In this document: piece by piece, positions 1 to 12,280 of the stretch
How positions within the stretch are numbered: position 1 is the stretch's first letter
Layout of the letters: each line of letters begins with the position of its first letter
Assembly (NCBI RefSeq): GCF_006345805.1
Contig: NC_042999.1
Span: 16,554,001-16,618,000 of the forward strand
Direction: 5' to 3'
From: Octopus sinensis
Taxonomy: Eukaryota
Length of the DNA stretch: 64,000 nt
Position numbers and translations under genes: made by a program
Notes under the pieces: generated by a model
Database searches by the model: none
What the model was told of the DNA's origin: nothing
What the model saw: only the letters and a program-made list of their open reading frames with translations

Positions 1-790
1 GTTCCTGGGACCGTCGCGTGTCGTTGGGTTTTCCCACGCCTGTCTCCGCGGTACCACTCTTCCATCTTCCCCTCAGCTGGAGTCCTTTTTCCTTAACCCC
101 CCCTTTTTCGTTACACACACGCGCACACATATACACACCTTGCCTATATATATACATCACTCTTACACACATTCAATCTATACTCGCCATTAATACCACC
201 ACGACACTGGACACACACCACACACTACTACTCAACACACGCTGCACGCTACCTACGCCCCCACCCCTTCCCCTCCCTCCCTTCCTCCTTCCTCTCTTTT
301 TTCTACTACTGACCTCTCCCTTCCTCCTTCCTTCTTTTTCTTACTACTGACCTCGTCTGCTAGCTGACCATTAGTCTCGCCCTAACCCACACGCCTACAC
401 ACAGACGCACACACTAACACACACATATTTTTTTTGTTTTTTCATCTCGCCTCACACACACACACATACACACGCACACGCACACACTCACACATACCCA
501 CACATCTGTTGGGTTACCAACCTTGTCTCCACTCTTTTGCCTTTAAAAACCCACTTTGCTCTTGTTATCGTCAACATCCGCCTTTCACCATGTGCAACTC
601 GTAAACCAAGTCGTCTTTTTTCTCTTTCCCTGTTGCCCGCTCTGGGATCTTTCTTTCCTCTCTCTTCCTTCTTTATGTTTCCGACGAAGAGCTCCGCTCG
701 AAACGTCATACCTCCCTGCTTCCATCTCCTGAGCGCCTATTAAAATAATACTGTAATTGTTCCTGTTGTTGTTGTTTTTTTGTTTCCCTT
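1..790 (+). mobile_element. Penelope-like element pseudo-LTR-type repeat (non-coding remnant) ending at a (TA)n tract
   Basis: Its 3' part (ttccgacgaagagctccgctcgaaacgtc...gagcgcctattaaaataatactgtaattgttcc) is homologous to the repeats at 34450-34665 (-) and 52065-52260 (+) and carries a hammerhead-like motif. The PLE assignment is inferred from the known PLE-hammerhead association. Confidence 0.5.
677..711 (+). ncRNA. Minimal type I hammerhead-ribozyme-like motif (U4C core)
   Basis: gttt-CCGACGA-a-GAGC tcc GCTC-GAAA-CG-UC-atac: stem II GAGC/GCTC, palindromic ACGT stem III, GUC site, stem I 3 of 4 pairs. Confidence 0.6.
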
Positions 791-798
791 TTGGATTT

Positions 799-850
<52 letters not shown>

Positions 851-854
851 CTTA

Positions 855-1075
855 CAGAAATTCGGATAGCTTTATATTTACAGATATTTATTAGTATGTT
901 ACATATTTTTTATAAATCATAAATCATATAATAGCGCTTTCGCCCACTCTAGTGGAGTTGTCAAATTTGTCAACTCCACTAGAGTGGATGAAAGCGCTAA
1001 TATATGATATATGATTTATAAAAACATGTAACATACTAGTAAATATCTGTAAATATAAAACCAGCCGAAATTCTG
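855..1075. repeat. Spacerless ~220-bp fold-back palindrome
   Basis: Arms 855-965 and 966-1075 are reverse complements with about a dozen differences; the centre is aaattt at 963-968. Confidence 0.9.
932..964 (-). ncRNA. Hammerhead-like motif with U3:A8 core (stem I lost at the fold-back junction)
   Basis: Minus strand reads TTGACAA-c-TCCAC taga GTGGG-c-GAAA-GCGC-TA, with palindromic AGCGCT stem III. The mirror copy at 967-999 (+) has A6U. Confidence 0.5.
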
Positions 1076-1134
1076 AGTACCTCATTTCTTCTAATATAAA
1101 ATACCTGTACATCATCTCCAAACCGTCTAACACA

Positions 1135-1293
1135 AACACACACACACATATACACACACACACATACACACACACATACACACACATATATATACATATA
1201 TATACACATATATATACATATATATATATATACATATATGTTGCATATATATGCATGTATGTATGCATGTATGTATGTATGTATGTATGTATG

Positions 1294-1390
<97 letters not shown>

Positions 1391-1410
1391 ACATATATAC
1401 ATAAATGCAT
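1135..1410. repeat. Compound microsatellite (CA)n/(TA)n/(TATG)n
   Basis: Read directly from the sequence. Confidence 0.95.
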
Positions 1411-1971
1411 ATATATGTAGTTATAAGTAATTTCTCTACTAGAAATAACTCAAAAGTGATGAATCTTTTTGCTAACACAAGAAACAGGACAACCGTTGAC
1501 TTATATACATTTAAATTCAATAGTATGACAAAATAGTAAACATATCGTAATTAACAGGGATTGTCAATTATTCAAAATAGTTTTAATGATTAATTAAAAT
1601 AGTTTTAATGATATGCACCTACCAGTTGCCAACAATAAGCTTAATGTGGTTAATAGGTTTATCCAATAGTTTTACACCGTTAAAAGCAGAGATTATTTAT
1701 GTAATGTGTTCATAGATAGTCGATGGGTTGGATGTGATGCTGAAGAAGGATCAATAACTCCTAAAATGTCCATATACACTCATCACCTATTTTTCTGTCT
1801 ACGATCACATTATTTACTTAATCATTTCTGAATACGAAACGAGGTAATTTTCAATGCTGGCTCTAAATCTCTATAGAAAATCTGTTGAGATACTCGAAAG
1901 TAATAGACATGTATCTATAGGCAACCACCTATCCCGTTTATTTAAAGATAACTGCCTGTATTGGGACGGAT

Positions 1972-2330
1972 GGAGGCGCAATGGCCCAGTGGTTAGGGCA
2001 GCGGACTCGCGGTTTCGATTCCAAGAGTGTTTATTGAGCGAAAACACCTAAAGGCCCACGAGGCTCCGGCAGGGGATGGTGGTGATCCCTGCTGTACTCT
2101 TTCCCCACAACTTTCTCTCACTCTTACTTCCTGTTTCTGTTGTACCTGTATTTCAAAGGGCCGGCCTTGTCACTCTCTGTGTCACGCTGAATATCCCAGA
2201 GAACTATGTTAAAGGTACACGTGTCTGTGGAGTGCTCAGTCACTTACACGTTAATTTCACGAGCAGGCTGTTCCGTTGATTCGGATCAACCGGAACCCTC
2301 GTCGTCGTAACAGACGGAGTGCTTCCATCC
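1972..2330 (+). mobile_element. tRNA-derived SINE, family B (ggaggcgcaatggcccagtggttagggcagcgg head), internally deleted, with TSD
   Basis: A/B-box-like head; homologous to 37201-37578 and 62528-62900; flanking direct repeat attgggacggatgg at 1960-1973 and 2331-2344. Confidence 0.9.
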
Positions 2331-2584
2331 ATTGGGACGGATGGTTAGCGAGTGTATTAAATTACAAATTGTATTACTGAAGCCACCACTGCAATTCTAT
2401 ATAGTTTTGAATCTTTATAATGATGACGATACCGTAAAAGTACTTGCTTTATCCTTAGCGCTTGTGTAACACTTCCTAAAGTGTTAATGTTTATCAATGA
2501 TGATCAGATAACAACTCTTCAGGCAGATTACATGCTACATAAATCTGCTTCATAATTGTTATTATTATTATCACTATTACCCTT

Positions 2585-2700
2585 ATCCTCTTCTTTCAAT
2601 TTTGTTTCTATTTCTTGCCGAGTGTCTTCTCAACGCCTAGAGCAACGAAACTCACTGTATACATTGGTAGGTCATTAAAATAAAGACACCACATAATTCA
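2585..2700 (-). mobile_element. 3' UTR remnant of an RLE-type LINE
   Basis: Matches 42905-43010 (tttcttgccgagtgtctt...tatacattggtagg) and is flanked by degenerate (TTA)n. Confidence 0.6.
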
Positions 2701-2829
2701 TTTACAAAGTCATGTGACAAAAAAGGGGGAAGAAAGACTGACAGAAAAAGGAAAGAACAAAAAAGAAATATAAAAAAAACCCCTAAAATAAGGGAGGAAG
2801 GAAAGAAAACTCACAGCGACAATGATCTT

Positions 2830-3415
2830 ATTTATTATTTTGGTTTGCCTCAGGCTCAGTCTTATTGCTGGAAGGATTTATGTGGGTAGCAGGTTACTAC
2901 CTGTAACCTTAGATATCCGCAAGTCTTTTAAGTGCTTAACTCTCCTGATAATCTTTGCTGTCCCTAAGACAGAAACTTTCTGTAGGAGCTCTACCAAGCA
3001 TTCTATTCCAATCTCCTCCAACCATTTGTCTATATCAGTGGTTTTCAACCAGGGTTCCGCCAGTACAGTCCAGGGGTTCCGCAAGAAGTTACAAAACTGC
3101 TAAAATCGACAGTAATTTTTAAGTCTCCTGTGCAGATATGTGTGCATAAGACTATTAAATTATTGCACAAGGGTTCCTCGAGCCAGTGGAATGTTTCCTT
3201 GGGGTTCCGCTCCAGCAAAAGGTTTGAAAAGCACTGGTCTATATCTTTGCTTACCGTTCCTAACGCACCAATTGTTATACGCACGACCTTTACAGTTCTC
3301 ATGCTACACATTCTTCCTATTTCAAATTTTAAAGGATTGTATTTTCTTCTTCCTCTGTCTTTACGATCCTGAAATCAAATGGGTATGACGGGTCGATAAG
3401 TAAACAACTTCGCTT
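2830..3415 (-). pseudogene. R4/Dong-type LINE 3' fragment (RLE domain), interrupted by a hAT MITE
   Basis: Minus-strand translation gives KRSCLLIDPSYPFD, TVKVVRITIGALGTVSKDIDKWLEEIGIECLVELLQKVSVLGTAKIIRRV. The 5' junction abuts (TTA)n at 3418-3545. Confidence 0.8.
3036..3236. mobile_element. hAT (Charlie-like) MITE
   Basis: TIRs cagtggttttcaacc / ggtttgaaaagcactg; 8-bp TSD gtctatat at 3028-3035 and 3237-3244. Confidence 0.9.
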
Positions 3416-3438
3416 TTCTTTATCTACAGTCGTTTTAC

Positions 3439-3518
<80 letters not shown>

Positions 3519-3547
3519 TACTACTACTACTATCATCATTATTATTT

Positions 3548-3915
3548 CGTTCTTTTATTCTTTTTCTTGCTCCAGTCAGTTAATTGCGCCCATGCTGGAG
3601 CGCCTTGTTTAGTCGAACAAATCCACCCCAGTACTTATTCTTTCTAAGCCTTGAACTTATTCTATCGGTCACCGAACCGCTATGTTACGGTGCCGTAAAC
3701 ACACCAACATCGGTTGTCAAGTGATGGTGGGGGAATAAACACGGACAAACCAATGTATATATATAAAACGGACTTGTTTCAGGTACAATCTACGATATCC
3801 ATCTACCAATTGGCTCGAGGCTATAGTAGAAGACACTTGCCCAAGGTGGCACACAGTAGGACTGAACCAGGAACGATGTGGTTGGGAGGCAAGCTTCTTA
3901 CCATACAACCACGCC
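3548..3915 (-). mobile_element. tRNA-derived CORE-like SINE, family A
   Basis: Reverse complement of the family seen intact at 61453-61900 (ccttgggcaagtgtcttctactatagcctcg; gctccagcatggccgcagtcaaatgactgaaac). Confidence 0.85.
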
Positions 3916-4245
3916 TGTTCCTCCTCCTCCTCCTCCTCCTCCTCCTCTTCTTCTTCTTCTTCTTCTTTTTCTTCTTCTTCTTCTTCTTCTTATTATTATT
4001 ATTATCATTATTATTATTATTGTATTACTATTATTATTAGTAGTAGTATGATCTTGTTTAATAGTTTTAAATAACTTTTTGAAGTATTTACTTGGTACAT
4101 TATTTAATTTTATGTTTTAAAGTTTCAGATCTCTTGAACTAATTTTTCACTATCAAACATCACAACCGAACGAAACCCTCTCTGAACTTTTAAAATGTCA
4201 CATTAAAACACTATCAAACGTTTAATCATATTGACTGAGCGTTTA

Positions 4246-4312
<67 letters not shown>

Positions 4313-4959
4313 CATTATTATTATTATTATTGTTATTATTATTATTTTTATTTCTGGCGTCTTTGAAATCGTAAATAACAAGGCAGATGTACACGTCTTT
4401 TATTTTATTTAACACATTACTTTAAACTTGAAACTAAGAAATCACATCCATTATTAAAAGTACTACAGAGAACTGTGATACAATGGAATGACATAAGTAT
4501 CGTAATTTCTAGCAGCTAATCGAGCAATCAATATACTATAACATAAATCATTTCTGTGCATACACCACTAAAAATTTAGTGCAATGTTCTATGATCTCTA
4601 TGGAGAGTAAAAGAAACGGTTTTTAATCATCTGCTTGATGTTCGATCAGAACAAAGAGATTAGTAGATAAGTATATTTTTTCCAGAAAAAAAATTATGTA
4701 ATCTCACTTTTATCTTTTGATATATCAAAGTTATAAATTACATATTAACATACAAAAGCGATACAGCTATTGCACTGCAAAATGTTAGTGCTGACTACAT
4801 TTGTCAAAATTATACACATCACTTTTTGACGACACGATGTATATTTTATTCAAGAATTTCTATATTGTCCACTTTCCCAAATCTGGAATATTAATGTTCT
4901 TGTTTAATACATATTTCTTGCTTAAGCGGCGCTGCTATCTCTCTCTGCCAATTTCCTTG

Positions 4960-5610
<651 letters not shown>

Positions 5611-6729
5611 TGATTATTTTATTTGTGAAGCAGCGAAGCAGCAACTGAGGGGAACTTAACGGCTTCAATATAATGAAAAAAAATAACCTGATGCAATATT
5701 GCGGTGGGTACGGATGTTTGAAAAGCATCATTGTCAAGAAAGAAGTGTTCTGTAGGGTTTTAGTCTGACAAACTTATCAACTATTTTATCGTATCCGTAC
5801 CACAGAAAAACCATAGCGAGGGGGTAAAAAAGCAACAGCGACAACAACAAAAATAAAAAAATAAATGTTATAAGATTTATTGAGTAGTGTGAACAGTGCT
5901 CGAATTATTATTTGTTGTAGCCTTTTGAGATATTACAAAGTTTGAGATATTCAAGGTTTCAAATCCAATAATTGTAAAGCCACAAAGGTAAAGAGTAGGA
6001 ATATTTCTGGTAGGTTTAACACGTGTAGCATAGTATGGTAATATTAAACATTCCCTCAAGAATATTTTAGCAGGACGAGATTTTATATGGAGTTAATGAT
6101 AGATATGTTCAATAATAGTTTATAATGGAACTAAAATCTTTCGTACAAAAATAGATAAATAATTTACAATAAACAAATAAACAAATAAAATATTTTGACT
6201 AAATCATATCCAGTAATTTCCGGTTCATTTTTTATAAATAATATAGCGGAGAGCCTCTGGATTAAAATTATCGTACCTCGTAGAATACTTCCTTTATGTA
6301 AAAGCGTAATCCTCTGCTATCAACAATGATTACATCCTTCTCGTTTTCTATTCCAACTCCATGCTTCCATTAAACCTATACTGATATGATAAAGGCCCCC
6401 CATTCAATATTCAGCCAGAAAATTAAATTGGATTGCTTCCAGCATAATTTTCTCTCCCCACTTCCACTACCGCTTCTCTCGTATGAGAACATCCTGATGA
6501 GTTCAGAATATGTGGTAATGAAAGAGCTATTTACCTTTTTGTGATTGCATTCACTTTCAAGTCAGTACGTGTAACTAACTGCTATCTATTTGAGTCCTAA
6601 TGTATCATAACGTTAAAAATTATGCTCAAGAAATATTTTGTTGAATGGGGGAACAACGCAGTTATGCAACTCAAGCAAAAATGCTATCGATTTATTTTTA
6701 TCATTTCCAGCCCACATGATCAGACTCTC

Positions 6730-6943
6730 GTTCACTCTTTCTCTTGTTTCAGTCATTTGACTGCGGCCATGCTGGAGCACCACCTTTTGTCGAGCAAATC
6801 GACCCCAGGACTTATTCTTTTTAAGCCTAGTACTTTATTCCATCGGTCTCTTTTTGCCGAACCGGTAGCTTACTGAGACGTAAACACACCAGCATCTGTT
6901 GTCAAGCGATGTTGGGGGGACTAACACAGATACATAAACATAT

Positions 6944-6974
<31 letters not shown>

Positions 6975-7000
6975 ATATATATATATATTTTATATTATAT

Positions 7001-7095
<95 letters not shown>

Positions 7096-7408
7096 CGGAT
7101 GACCTTGCATTTGTTTGTTTAATGATTTTAGTTTGATATTTTTGTCTCTTTCAATAGAGCACTTCTATAGCAGTCCTATTAATCTTTTTGTTCCTGACAA
7201 AAAACAATTATTGTATTATTAATATCGATATATATATATACAAATGTACGACGGGATTCTTTCAGTTTTCGTCTACCAAATCCACTCACAAGACTTTGGT
7301 CGGCCCGAGGCTCTAGTACAAGATACTTGGCCAAGGTGCCACGCAGTGGGAATGAACCTGGAACCACGTCGTTGGTAAGCAAGCTACTTACCACACAGCC
7401 ACTCCTAT
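6730..7408 (-). mobile_element. SINE family A, split by an expanded internal (TA)n and a ~150-bp insert
   Basis: The 3' half (6730-6950) and 5' half (7240-7408) match the family A consensus seen elsewhere in the window. Confidence 0.8.
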
Positions 7409-7460
7409 GATGATGATGATGATGATGGTGATGTGATTAATAATAATAGTAATAATAATG

Positions 7461-7521
<61 letters not shown>

Positions 7522-7613
7522 TGATGATAATAATGATAATGAGAAAGATAACAAGAACAACAAAAACAACAACACTCCTCCTCCTACTCCTACTCCTACT
7601 ACTACAACAACAA

Positions 7614-7658
<45 letters not shown>

Positions 7659-7679
7659 ATAATAATAATAATAATAATG

Positions 7680-8108
7680 TTTTCATTTATTTTCCGCAAA
7701 GGCGAAGACTGGAGGGGACAAACAATGACAGAAGTGTTGGGGGTTTACATATAATGAAATGATAAAAAAATAGAAAGAATGTAGGTATAGACGGTATACA
7801 CTGAAAAGGAAGAGACACATGCATGGCATACAAAGATTTAAAGGCAGAAGGGCAGGGAAGATGATAGAGATGTGGCCCTCCTGATACAGGAACGACTCTA
7901 GGGATAATCGAGGAATCCCACTGTCCGAGAATTTCCATGAAACCCAAAGAACAAGTGCTTTCTCCAATTCCTTCTCTCTAACTGACAGGTCTACACTTAG
8001 AAAGGTACCATCCACTCTTGCCACTTTATGCAGCTTTCATCCACCTTTCAGTAAACTCATTCGAGGACAGCACTTTCCTCTCCACATTCAATGTCCTTTA
8101 CAAGTGAA
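7680..8108 (-). pseudogene. Tx1/L1-clade LINE 3' end, second subfamily
   Basis: Minus-strand FHL*RTLNVERKVLSSNEFTERWM...ARVDGTFLSVDL aligns with the C-terminus of the 54360-56363 ORF (HLKRKVRVERQVLSSECFKKRWV...ARMNDEATLSIVL). It ends aataaatgaaaac followed by (TTA)n. Confidence 0.75.
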
Positions 8109-8129
8109 ACTCGAAGAATTCAGCGAGAA

Positions 8130-8516
8130 TTCTTCTTCTCCTTCTTTTCCTCCTCCTTCTTCTCCTCTTTCTCCTCCTCCTCCTTCTTCTTCTCCTTCTT
8201 CTTCCCCTTCTTCTCCCCTCTTCCTTCTTCTTCTTCATCCTCATCGTATTCTTCTTCTTCTTCTCTTCTTCTTCTTCTTCTCCTTCTTCTCCTCCTTCTT
8301 CTCCTTCTTTTCCTCCTCCTTCTTCTCCTCTTCCTCTCCTTCTTCTTTTTCATGATCATCTTTTTTCTTCTTCTTCATCATCATCATCATCATCATCTTC
8401 TTTTTCTTTTTCTTTTTCTTGTTGTTGTTGTTGCTGTTGTTATTGTTGTTGCTGTTGTTGCTCTTCTTCTTCTTCTTCTCCTTCTTCTTCTTCTTCTTCT
8501 TCTTCTTCTTCTTCTC

Positions 8517-8547
<31 letters not shown>

Positions 8548-8590
8548 TTATTATTATTATATTATTATTATTATTATTATTATTATTCTA
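8130..8590. repeat. Compound triplet microsatellite (TTC/TCC)n/(TTG)n/(TTA)n
   Basis: Read directly from the sequence. Confidence 0.95.
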
Positions 8591-8927
8591 TTTTAAAAGG
8601 ATTGACGTAACTCTTCCCAAAAAGAAACCGACAAAACGAAGAACGCGATGAGATTTCAATAGATATTTTATTAGTTGAACGCTATTTCGACAGCAAGCCT
8701 GTCTTTATCGAATTCGAAATAAAAAGTGATAAAAATTCAAAATTATAGAAATTCACATCTAAAACATGAATGAGAGCAACCAGCGTCCACACGTTGATGA
8801 AATGACATCATCAGTCGTTAAGTTTCAACTTTATCAAAACTGATTAAATATTTTTCCTTTTCCCTTTTCGTTCGTTTTATTCCCCTCTGTTTTTCTGTCT
8901 TTTTCTTTCTGTCATTTATAAAATTGA

Positions 8928-8965
8928 AACCCTAACCCTAACCCTAGCCCTAGCTCTGACCCTAA
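8928..8965. repeat. Short interstitial telomere-like (CCCTAA)n tract
   Basis: aaccctaaccctaaccctagccctagctctgaccctaa, about 6 degenerate units. Confidence 0.6.
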
Positions 8966-9289
8966 AGGGTAACATCAGGTCAAAAGTAAGTAACCTCGAT
9001 ACACTAAAATCTGCTGACGCTAAAACACCGAATAAAGGAAGGAAAAGAATAAGAAAAGATAAATGGAGATGAAGGTGAAAATTGCGCATGGGCAACACAC
9101 TGGAGCTAATGTAGGCATCGGCAGGGTTAAGAGTTGGTCGTGACTTAGAAATGGCGTTCTGAAAATGTGTACTGAAGCTCTGGTATGCAGCGTTTATGAG
9201 TTGGCTCTCCGAACAGACATCAAGGTGACAAAAGGAAAGAATCACAATTATGTAGAATATGTGGGGAAAAAGGAGAAACGGTCGCTTAT

Positions 9290-9538
9290 TCTTTTACTCT
9301 TTTACTTGTTTCAAAGATTTGACTGTGGCCATGCTGGAGCAATGCCTTTAGTCGAGCAAATCGACTCCAGGACTTATTTTTTTGTAAGCCTAGTACTTAT
9401 TCTATCGGTCTCTTTTGCCAAACCGCTAAGTTACGGGGACGTAAACACACCACCATCGGCTGTCATGTGATGTTGAGGAGGACAAACACAAACACATAAA
9501 CACACACACATACATATATACATACATACATACATACG

Positions 9539-9597
<59 letters not shown>

Positions 9598-9762
9598 CGA
9601 CGGGCTTCTTTCAGTTTCCGTCTACCAAATCCACTCACAAGGATTTGGTCGGCCCGAGGCTATAGTAGAAGACACTTGCCCAAGGTGCTACGCAGTGGGT
9701 ATGAACCCGGAACCATGTGGTTGGTAAGCAGGCTACTTACCACACAGCCATTCCTGCACCTA
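9290..9762 (-). mobile_element. SINE family A, full length
   Basis: Colinear reverse complement of 61453-61900, including the internal (TA)n/(TG)n. Confidence 0.9.
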
Positions 9763-9966
9763 AGTCATCTTGTAAGCGAATGTGCACAGCGAGTTTACAG
9801 AAGATAACATGGTAATATTGCCCGATATATTTATTGAGGGATATCTGAGAAATGTGGGGTTTTTTCCGGAGAAGTTAACAGGTATAAGAAGGAAGCAGTA
9901 GGGGTCTTAGAGAATGATAAATTCGAGCTTTTATGGGACATTACCACTCAATGTGATAGAATGTGG

Positions 9967-10260
9967 GGGTACATGGCCTAGTGGTTAGAGCAGCGGACAC
10001 GCGGTCGAGGGATCGGAGGTTCGAATCTCAGACCGGGCAATGTGTGTGTTTATGAGCGAAACACCTAAGCTCCACGCGGCTCCGGCAGAAGATAATGGCG
10101 AACTTCTGCTGACTCTTTCGCCACAACTTTCTCCCACTCATTCCTCCTGCATCTTGCGGCTCACCTGCGACGGACCGGCGTTCTGACCAGGTAGGGAACC
10201 TATACGTCAGGGAAACCGGGAAACCGGCTCTTATGAGCCGGTTCGAGAAGGAACAAACAT
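9967..10260 (+). mobile_element. tRNA-derived SINE, family C (shares its head with family B, different tail)
   Basis: gggggtacatggcctagtggttagagcagcgg head; homologous to 29912-30215. Confidence 0.9.
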
Positions 10261-10269
10261 ACCACCAAT

Positions 10270-10600
10270 GTGACTGACTGATTGAGTCAAGAAGGCCAGA
10301 CATTGTAGTTGCCAAGTAGAAAGAGAAAGAGGCCCAGGTCCAAATTATCGATTTTTCTGTCCCTGGAGATAATGAAGTGGAAGGTAAAAAGCATTAAAGA
10401 ATGGAGAAATATGAGTCACTGAAGAAGGAGACTGGTAAGGTGGGGAGGATGAATAAAATTTTAGTGAACATCTTTGAGGATTATGGAAATAAAGTCGGTA
10501 TCAATACAAGGTTACAAGTCATGCAGAAGATAGCAGTTCTTGGTACAACAAGGATTTTAAGAGAAGTCTTGTCTATGTAAGGTCCAGAAGAGGAATCAGA
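10270..10600 (+). pseudogene. Degenerate RLE-type LINE 3' fragment
   Basis: IESRRPDIV...QIIDFSVPGDNEV...EKYESLKKE...MQKIAVLGTTRILREVL, with stops and frameshifts. Confidence 0.7.
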
Positions 10601-10748
10601 AAGGGGCTTTTTCAACATATTGTCGACTGTTCCCTAACTGAAATGCCCAGACTGCTTAACAATTGTTGCTGTTGTTTTTGTTCATTCTTGAGCCATCCCT
10701 GGCTCATAGGGCCGGTTTCCCGGTTTCCCTGGCGTATAGGTTCCCCAC

Positions 10749-10843
10749 TATATCTGGTCTGTTGGCCTTAATTTCTCTATCTGTGTGTATCGGCATATCC
10801 CAGAGTATGGTTGCTTTCTCGCAACCGTACTCTGGGATATACC
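10749..10843 (-). mobile_element. Small R4/Dong fragment with a fold-back 5' end
   Basis: Matches 16025-16093 (EKATILWDMP...); 23-bp inverted arms at 10792-10814 and 10821-10843. Confidence 0.8.
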
Positions 10844-10847
10844 AATA

Positions 10848-10972
10848 CTCTTCTTCTTCTTCTTCTTCTTCTTCTTCTTCTTCTTCTTCTTCTTCTTCTT
10901 CTTCTTCTTCTTCTTCTTCTTCTTCTTCTTCTTCATCTTCTTCTTCTTCTTCTTCTTCATCTTCTTCTTCTT

Positions 10973-11003
<31 letters not shown>

Positions 11004-11021
11004 TTATTATTATTATTATTA

Positions 11022-11079
<58 letters not shown>

Positions 11080-11100
11080 CATCATCATTATTATTATTAG
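10848..11100. repeat. (TTC)n followed by (TTA)n microsatellite
   Basis: Read directly from the sequence. Confidence 0.95.
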
Positions 11101-11689
11101 TCCGGAGCCATGCTCAATTATTACAACGTGATTTATTATGAACGAGTGCTGTGTATGGCGCAGAAAGGGTTCGATTGATAATATCTTTCGTTTGTGACAT
11201 ACATTTTATTATATCAAGCTCTAATTCTCAACACCTGATAACGGCAAATATTTCTCTTCTAGGTATTGTTATACTTTCTGTTGTAACGTATAATCGGATA
11301 GATATAAATAAGATTTCATTTAAAATAAATTTGATGTAATTTCAACTAGATATAAATAATTTGTGTATAAACGACACGCGAAAGTAGGCCGCAGAAGCTG
11401 CTGTATTAAATTTTCTCTTAAGATGCTGACAAGTAGCAAGATATTAATTTAATCCTTTAGTATATTTATCACGACACACTTCAAATAAGAGATTCAGCTA
11501 ATGAGGGAATGTCAGCGCGGATATATGACTTGCTGAAGAGAGCAGCCAAATCTCCATTAGATCGTGCTGCATAATTAATGTGAAGGACACAACTTCAATG
11601 ATTAGAACCGTTCAATCCTACATAGAGCTAAACAGCAAAGACGAGCAATGAGAACTCATGGAAGAAGAGATTTTAATGGCAAAACAAGA

Positions 11690-12280
11690 AGAGCCTTGGC
11701 TCTGTGGTAAGAAGTCTGCTTCCCAACCACATGGTTTTGGGTTCAATCTCACTGCGTAGCACTTTGGACAAGTGTCTTCTAATATAGTTGCTTCTTTATT
11801 ACCCACAAGGGGCTAAACATAGAGGGGACAAACAAGGACAGACAAGGGCATTAAGTCGATTACATCGACCCCAGTGCGTAACTGGTACTTAATTTATCGA
11901 CCCCGAAAGGATGGAAGGCAAAGTCGACCTCGGCGGAATTTGAACTCAGAACGTAACGGCAGACGAAATATGGCTGCGCATTTCGCCCGGCGTGCCAAAG
12001 ATTGTGCCAGCTCGCCGCCTTCAATGTCTTCAAATATATCCTCAGGTCTCGGCCAAAGCCTTGTAGGTGTATTTGGTTGACGGAAACTGAAAGAAGCCTT
12101 GATGTCCACCTGCTTCGCTTGCGGGTTTAGTAACTTGGCGGTGCGGTAAAAAAGGCCGATAAATTATGTACCAGGCTTTAAAAACGAATACAGGTGCCGC
12201 TTCGGACGGCTAGAAATTATTCAAGGTGGTGCCCCAGCATGGCCGAAAAGTAATGACTGAAACAAATGAAAGACAGAAGA
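11690..12280. mobile_element. Nested SINEs: a degenerate family A copy (+) interrupted by a family D SINE (-) at about 11790-12020
   Basis: Family A head at 11690-11790 and tail at 12040-12280. The insert carries the cctttc(c)atcctttcggggtcgataaattaagtacc domain also seen at 42505-42720 and 44290-44530. Confidence 0.75.
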
